Shown piece after piece: positions 25,801 to 34,800 of a stretch of DNA of 64,000 bases. The stretch's first letter is position 1; every line of letters begins with the position of its first letter. Both the position numbers and the translations under genes were made by a program. This stretch comes from Camelus dromedarius (Eukaryota). Below the pieces are notes generated by a model that did not search any database, was not told the origin of the DNA, and saw only the letters and a list, made by a program, of their open reading frames with translations. The stretch covers positions 84,446,001 through 84,510,000 of the forward strand of contig NC_087436.1 of the NCBI RefSeq assembly GCF_036321535.1, given 5' to 3'.

Positions 25801-28800
25801 GGAACAGTAATTGAAGTCAGAGATACTAATGGTTTCACAATTCAAGAAGGCATTGGCCAAGTATTTTTAGGTTGTTATATATTTGTTGACTGGGAATAAT
25901 TTTTTTTTGAAGAAAAAAGATCTGATGGGATAATTTTATTCTTTCCCCAATTTTTCTTAAGTCTAGTATTCTTTTTGGCGATGGTAGTTTTTAATCTCAT
26001 TCTTATAGTCATGAAACATTTAATGTTACCTTAATTATTTCAGATAACAATGTCTAATACACTGAGGAAAAATGTAAAAGTAATTTAGAAACTGTAACTT
26101 GGATCTTTATATTTCTATTTATAGCCAAAATTCTATTTAATTAGTATTCTAATGTTTTTAATCACATATATGTTTTTAGAAATAAATTTTGTATTATCTC
26201 TTTGCAGTTTTACCAAGGTTACTATTATGTGTAATTTTATTAGATAACATTTAAAAGTGAGTCCCCTTTTTTATATAACTATTCAAACTTTGAACCTTAG
26301 TAACTGAACTTTTGGAGATGTTTTGATTTGATGATTTTATTATATTTTCTGTGAATTTTTTATTATTTTTTTATTGCTGGTTATATCTTGTGAAGGTGGC
26401 AGATATAGAGTGTGTTTTCTCGATGATGAAGTGACAGTACCACTTGGCACAATGCGGGCTACAGGAGACTTTGTGACTGTGAAAGATGGAGAGATATTTT
26501 TCTTGGGACGAAAGGACAGTCAGATCAAACGTCATGGCAAACGTCTTAATGTTGAACTTGTGCAACAGGTAGAACTATTTAAATATTAAATATCTATTAA
26601 TATCTGTAGATTTTTGAGGCAGCTATCACTAGTTTTCTGTGCCAGGGTTCTCTATAAGTATCTATAAATATTGTTTAAACCATGATTTTTGTTTTAGTGA
26701 TCAATTACAATAGAAGATATGGATAATTCATTTTGCACTTCATTCTCAACATGAAGAGAGAGTTGTCTTTGAAATAAGTAACAAAATAGATTTTGATAAC
26801 TGTGAAAATAAATTGGTTTATTTTGCTGTAGGGTCTATTATTTTGGAAAACATTAAGAACCCTGTGTGCTGGTAATAGTGATAGCAGCAGACAGTTCTTT
26901 TAAAAACTCTCTAGTGTATTCCAGAATTTAATTTGACTGTGTTGATTTCAGACATGGTAAGTTTGAGCATTTAGGAAGTTTGTTTTTAAAAATGTCCTCA
27001 CTGGCAAATTGGGATAATCTCTTTTATAGATTGCTGAAGGTCTTCCAGAAGTGGAGTCTTGTGCAGTTACATGGTATAATCAGGAAAAGTTAATTCTGTT
27101 CATGGTGTCCAAAAAGGATTTAGTAAAGGATTGTATCTTTAAAGAACTGCAGAAGTATCTTCCAAGTCATGCAATCCCGGATGAGCTTGTGTTGATTGAT
27201 TCTCTACCACTTACATCTCACGGTAAAATAGTTTGATGCAGCTGTTTCGGTGCCAAATGATACTAACTGTATTCATAACTAGTTTAAAGGCCACTTAAGT
27301 CCTTATAAGTAATGCTAATATGTATTGTGGTAGGCCTTCTGTCAAATGCTTTGTATAACTAATTTTATCTCCAGAAAATCCTGTGAGTAGGTGGTATTAT
27401 TCCCATTTACTGATGTGAAAATAAGGCATAAGAAGTTAATAAATTTCCCCAAATCACATTGCTAGTTAGTAGTAGAGTTGGAATTCTGTCTAGGACTGTG
27501 TGACTTCAAAACACGTGCTCTTAATCACCATATTCTAATCGCTTCTCGGCCTTTTGGCTAAGATCAAGTGTAATCACCATATTCTGTTACCTTCCCAATT
27601 TCATCTTTATTTAATATTTATTTCAAAATGCCGTACTTGCTCAGTTAATAGTACCATTTCTTTAACTCTTTAAATGAGATCAATGTTAGCCTCTGCTTTC
27701 TTATCTGTTACCCACTACATTCTCGGTAGCATGGCACTGCTTTCTGTATTAGTGATTGTCTGAGACAAACTATTCTGTAGTATTTCTAACCTTTACAGTG
27801 AGAAATGTGTGCATTGTGACTAACGAAGATATGAAGGGTTCAAGTTGAAATTTTAAAATTGTTATTTCTCTTTTATTTTAAGGCAAAATTGATGTTTCTG
27901 AGTTAAATAAGATTTATTTAAACTACATAAACTTAAAGTCTGAATGGAAGCTCAATGGCAAAGATGAACTGTGGGAAAAATTACAGCATTTGTGGAAGGT
28001 ACAACTTTTTTTATTTTTTGGGGGGTAGGGGCCGGGGAGGTAATTTACTTATTTTTAGAGGGGGTACCAGGGATTGAACTCAGGACCTCATGCATGCTAA
28101 GCATGCGCTCTACCGCTTGAGCTGTACCCTCCCCCAAGGTACAACTTCTAAGATACAAATTTGTTATTATAAGGAGGTCATTGTGTATTTTCAGGGAATG
28201 ATAGCATCCTAATAAGCCTGATAAAATTTTCTAAGAATGTTACTGCTGTCCAGATGTTAAGTAGTATAGCTTCATTTATTCAATTTGTATTAAAGTAAGA
28301 GTTAGTATCTCTACTGTATAATTAGATTAAGCTCCCCGTATAGAAATTTATTGGAAATTTATGGTAGTCATAAAAGGCACAAGTAGACAAAACCTATCTT
28401 GACATAACTTTTCCCTAAGAGGAGCAGTGGAGTGCAGTAGCACTTGTCAGAGTTAAGAAAATATGCCACATCTTGCTATACCACTGTCTGTGGAATAGTC
28501 TTAACACCATTATTCCAGAAGAACTGTCAATAACAGCACATATGTTTCTGCTTAAGGGAATTGAGATATGTATATACATACATACATATATGTGTATAAT
28601 TGATATATGTACAACAATTTATATATAATTAAAATTTATTTCGAAATATATATTTTTTATTATCTATGGTTGATAGGTTCAATATAATTTTTCTTTGATA
28701 AAATACGGAATTTTCTAAAGCATTCTAAAAAGAGGATGTAATTATATAGTCTCATCTGAAAATAGAGGATATCTAGATAAAAGTCTTACCTACTTCTTTT

Positions 28801-31800
28801 TTAGATTCTTGGAAATAATTTTGATTTATGTGAAGTTGATGATGATAATTGTTCCCATATTATAGAAATATCAGATATTAGCATCTTGTAGGCTTTATAA
28901 TTAGTAAATCAGATGTCTTTATAATTCCACTCCCTATTGTATGGGTAAAAAAATTGCTCAAAAGGAAAGTATAGTTTGCAATTCTGGGGTAAGTTTGTGA
29001 CAAAATTGGTAGCATAATGATGGTCTTCTTTACTATACAGAAAATAATTTTAAAGTTTATTTTAATTATTAAAAATATTTATTTTGTGTGTCTTATGTTC
29101 ATCTCATTAATGTAGGTACTGTCATCTATATATTATCTGTAAATGCTGAATTCTTCTGGTTTTAGGCCTTTAACTTCACCATATTTCTTCTCTAATCCGT
29201 AGTCTGTTCTGAATTTCTCAGAAGATCCTCTGAAAGTTCCTAATGAGTCACTCTTCTTAAATAGTGGTGGAGATTCCTTGAAGTCCATACGGCTCCTCAG
29301 TGAGATTGAAAACCTTGTTGGCACATCAGTACCTGGGCTTCTGGAAATTATTCTTAGCAGTTCTGTTTTAGAGATTTACAATCACATCCTTCAGACAGTG
29401 TTTCCAGATGAAGATCTGACATTTAGCAAGAATTATGCTACAAAAAGAAAACTGAATGATGTTAATCAAGAGGAAAACAATGGAAAATCTTTACGTCAGG
29501 AATCTGTCATGTCTTTAAATTGTGACAGTGAGATAAATGCTTTTATGGCACTAAGCAGAGGGAGTCAAATTTTGTCTCTGAATACTACTAGGTTTTTAAC
29601 TACGTTGGAACATTGCCCTTCAGCCTGTTCTTCTGATTTAATTTCACAAACTAATATTCAAAATATGAAAAGCTTAAATCCTCCAGCTCTTATTGGGACA
29701 TCAAAAGATCCATCCTGTATTGCAGACGTTCCTGAAGAGGAAACACCTGTGATGGGGGCTGAGAAAATGGAGTTTCGTGTGAGGTGGAGGTCAGACACAG
29801 GCAAATGTGTGGATGCTTCTCCTCTGGTTGTAATACCAGCTGTTGATAAGTCATCTGCGACTGTGTACATTGGCTCCCATTCTCACAGAATGATGGCAGT
29901 TGACCTTTACTCTGGGAAAGTGAAATGGGAACAGACTTTGGGAGATCGAATTGAATCCTCAGCATGTGTATCTAACTGTGGAAACTTTGTTGTAGTGGGT
30001 AAGTTTCTGAATTTGAGGTTTATAGAGTTAAATTTAATTACCATGTGAAAATGCTAGTAGGACCAATTTAAATTAAACCTATGTATGGTAGGTTTGGTTG
30101 CTGTCAAGGAATAATAGTTAACTGTATGCTGATTCACAATGTGAGCCTTGGGTCACAGTTTCTGGATTTGGCCCTAACTTCAAAGCCATTACCAGCTCTG
30201 TGACTTTCAATAAGTTGCTTAACTTCTTGGAACTTCATTTCTCTCATGAGGATATGGGCATAATATATAAAAGATGGTGCTGCTTCACAAATTATCCCCA
30301 AACTTAATGGCATAAAGTATTAAACATTTATTATCTCAGTATCTGTGGGTCAGGAATTCAGGAGGAGCTTAGCTGAAAGTTCTGGCTCAGGGTCTCTCAT
30401 GTGGCTGCAACTGTCTAAAGGCTTGACTTGAGCTGGAAAAATCTGCTTCCAAGATGGCTCACTCACATTGGTGCTAACAGAAGACTTCAGCTCTTTGCTG
30501 GTTCTTGGGAGGAAGCTTCAGTGTCTTGCCATGTGGCCTTCTCCATAGGCTGCTTGAATGCACTCACAACGTGGCAGGTAACTTTCCTGAGAGGGAGTGA
30601 TCTCAGAGAGTAAGTAAGGAGGAATGCAGTACTTTTATGACTTAGTGTCCAAAATTGTATGCCGTCACTTCTGCTTTATTCTGTTAAGGCTGGCCCACAC
30701 CTAAGGGGAGGGGAATTAGGCTCCACCTCTTGAAAGGAAGAATATCAAAGAATTTGTGGACGTATTTTAAAACCACCACAATAATCATAGAGCTTTTGAG
30801 AGGATTAAATGAGATAATTGCTTACGAATCCTTTAATACATTGCTAGACACAGACTAAGGGCTCATTAAGTGTTAGCTACTGCCTGCTACTCAGTTTTGT
30901 TAAGGTGTAGATGACTTTTTACTTTACAGAGATATGGGGGTCCAGGTATAATTTCTCCTTGACTACCACTCTCCTTTTGCCCTTCAAACTACATTAAGCT
31001 TCACTTGAGTGTTCATGGAATCTGTTCACCAAAGCTTTTCAGACGAAGTGCTTAGAAATGTATCTCTCTACTTATGTTATCCTGGCTGAGATCTACTTGA
31101 ATCTGAGTTTGATCCTTCCCTATTGAACACCTACACTTTGAAAATTATAGTACAGGAAACTTTCAATTACATATGTGAGTAATCATGAGTAATCCCTATC
31201 CATGAAAGTCAGCTCATTGAGATTACTGTTTGCATCCCAGGTGTCTAGACCCAAAGCCTGTGGTACATGATGGTCACTTATATTAATAAAAAATTTAAAA
31301 ATTTTAATTTATATACAGTAAAAGTCACCCTTTTTAGTATACAGTTGACTCTGTTTTGACAGATGCATACTGTCATGTTACCACTACAACAATCAGGAGT
31401 TCATTAATCCAAAAAATTCCTGTGCTTTATAGTCATTCCAATTCTTACTCCTTCCCCCAACCACTGATCTATTTTCTGTCCCTATAATTTTACTCTTTCC
31501 AAAAAGTCATATAAATGAAATCATGCGGTATGTAGCTTTGAGTCTGACTTCATTTACTTAGTATACTATGTTGGAGATTCATTCCATTTTATTGCATGCA
31601 TCAGTAGTTTATTTTGCTGAGTATTCCATTGTGTGGATGTACCACAGTTTATTTATCCACTTACATTTGGGTTATTTCTGGGGTTTGGTAATTATGAGTA
31701 AGACTGCTATCTGTTAGTAGGATTTTGTGTGAATGTAAGTATTTATTTCACTTAGCTCAATATCTAGGAAAGGGAGGTTGTATGGTAAGTGTAGGTTTAA

Positions 31801-34800
31801 CTATAAGAAATAGCCAAACTGTTTTCCAAAGTAGGTGAACTACTTTGCATTCCATCATCAATGTATGAGAGGTCCAGTTGCTCCACAGCCTTGTCAGCAC
31901 TTTGTATTGTCAGTTAAATTTTTAAAAGATTTTAACTATTTAGTTATGGAGTAGTATCTCATTGTGGTTTTAATTTTATTTCCCTGGTGACTAGTGATGT
32001 TTTACCTCTTTTTATGAGCTTATTTGCCATCTGTACATCTTTTATGAAGTGTCTGTTCAGATCTTTTGCCCTTTTTTTATTGTTATGTTTCTTTTCTTAC
32101 TGAGTTTTGAGAATTCTTTATGTATTCTGGATACAAGTGCTTTATCAGATGTATGTTTTGCACGTTTTCTTCTAGTTTGTGGCTTGTTTTTTAATTCTCT
32201 TAACAGTGTATTATGAAGAGTTTTTTTTTTTATTTCATCGAGGTCCACTTTATTTTTTTCTTTTATGGATCATGCTTTTGATGTCATATTTGAGAAATCT
32301 TGGCCTAACCCAAAGTCACAAAGATTTTTCTTCTGGAGCTGAACTGAAAGAAGTTTTTCGTTACCCAGTTGAGTGCTGGTGTGCTGCACTATGTAGGACA
32401 TTTGTCTTCACCATCACTAAGTAGACGCTGTCTTGCTACTAAGCAGTAACTGCCAGAAAAAAGCACAGAACGTATTCTGGAAATGGGGCCTCAAGTGAGC
32501 AGCACTGGTTATAATCATAGGCAGAGCTGCCTAGAGTGGTGGTCCAATGCCCAAATCCCACTTCCCCAGATTTACATGCAGTCCAGAAACTTGAGTGGTC
32601 TTTACTTTGTAGATTTTGACCACTCCTACTTGTATGTGGGTTATTTTGGCTACACCACGTCAGGGGCTCCCACCCTGTCTTCTCATGCATAGCAGCAGTT
32701 TAGAAAAACCAGTCTGGTATAGTTGTTTGGAGAATAGGCTCTGGAGCTTGACTTCTCAGACTCAAATCCTGGCTCTGCCACTCATTAGCTGAGTAGTTTT
32801 GCCCTTAACCCTCTTGTAGCTTAACTCTCTGTGCTTCAGTTTTATCATCTATAAAATGTGCATACAGTAGCACTTCACTGTGAGGATTACATGAGTTAAT
32901 ACATATCAGATTCTTAGAGTAGTTACCCTTCACGAGATGAAAGGTCAATAAACATTGGCTCCTGTTAATGTTAGCATTTCTTGAACACCTTTTATGTGCT
33001 AGGCATTTATCCCAATTATCACAATAACCCTGGATGTAGATGTACCCACATTCAGCAGAAAAATAATCTGAGGCCCAGTGATGCTGGGTAATTTGCTCAA
33101 AGGATGTCTATGAGGAGATCTGACTCTAGGTCTGTTAAATCCTCTTTCTGCTGCATCATGCTTTCTGTTCATTGTTTTCTCAATAGTGAAGCGCTTTATA
33201 GTACTTTTAAAATTTAGGTTATACCTGCTAAATAGGTTTCTACACAATTGATTACTGTTCAATTTCTGCTTTGCTGAAATGCAAATCTGAGCCAAACAGA
33301 GCCCAAGTACACGTGAAGAACATCGAATATATATATTACCATGATTTAGGCCAAAGAATTATTTTCCAGTGACATACCTATATCTCATCTTTTATATTTT
33401 GTTTCCCAACAGGCTGTTACAATGGGCTAGTTTATGTTTTGAAAAGTAATAGTGGAGAACAATATTGGATGTTTACTACTGAGGATGCTGTTAAAAGCTC
33501 AGCAACTATGGATCCAACCACAGGACTTCTTTACATTGGATCTCATGACCAGCATGCATATGCTTTGGATATTTATGTAAGAAATCACTTCATCAATTTC
33601 ATACCATAAATGTTGATAGAAGAGTGTGAGACTGTCAGGTGGTGTTGACTAGGGAGCAAGTATTAACTTTCCCAAGTTTGTCACATGGAAAGATTAAGAC
33701 ATATCTTAAGACCCCTCAAAGTCGTAAGATATTTTTAACTTTCTTACCAAATTTTCAAAGATAAATTTACTACTCATAGAGTCTTGAAATACAAAGAACT
33801 CAGAATTTACCATCTTGACAATTGAGAGGTATCACAAAGAAAACTATCAGTAAGACCTGATTACATAAAATTTAAGAATTATAAAATTAAAAAGAAGTAA
33901 GTTGGGGAAAACTTTTGTAAGAAATGTGACAGTTAAAACTCATATTTTTAAATGTACATGAAATTAAGATCAAATACAAATTAATAAGAAAAATATAAAG
34001 GCCCAGAGAGAAAAATAAGTGAGGGATATAAATGCACAGGACCTCAGAGAAGAAATGGCTAGTAAATGTTTTTATGTTTCATGCCTTTAAGAATCAAAGG
34101 AATGAAAATTTAAAACTTTGAGATAGAGAAGCAAATGATAATTAGATTAGAATGATAACATTAAATGCTGATGAGAGCAGTGGGAGGTAAGCCTCTGAGG
34201 AAAACAGTTTGACTTTACATAGCAGTTTCTTATCCTTTGATTTAGTAAAATTCTTCTTCCAGGAATCTATCCTGGCAAAATAATAAGAAACATGGACAAA
34301 TATATGCACCAGTATGTCTATTTCCAAGTTGTTTATAATACAAGAAATTAGTTCCAAACAATTTTCAGTGATAAGGTGGAGAGAGAAATTATTTTATGTT
34401 CCTACGGGATTAATATTTAAAGAGTTTTACAAAATAAGTGAGGTAAATTAGATACAAAGTATATTCAGAATGATCGCAAGTATATTAAACTGTGTGTGTG
34501 TGTACACACACTAAAAAGATCACAAGGGAAAATGCTAAAATATTAACAGTGGTTATTTCTGGGTGGTGGTCTTTGTCAATTCCTTTATACTAACTTGATT
34601 CTCCACAGTGAGTATGTTTTTTATACTAAAAATAAAAATCATATTAACTAAATAGACATAAGATCAGGAAGGACAGGATATGTGGATATGTTAACCACCA
34701 GCAGAAGCCCAGTAATTTGCTTTTTTTTTTTTAATTTACTTTCTTATTTGCAGAAAAAGAAGTGTGTTTGGAAGTTGAAATGCGGAGGAACGGTTTTTTC

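Noticed and set aside
27538..27572. Functional U2 snRNA gene
   Set aside because: Only the first 35 nt are present, with no Sm site or 3' stem-loops, and the piece is flanked by TSDs. It is a retrocopy.
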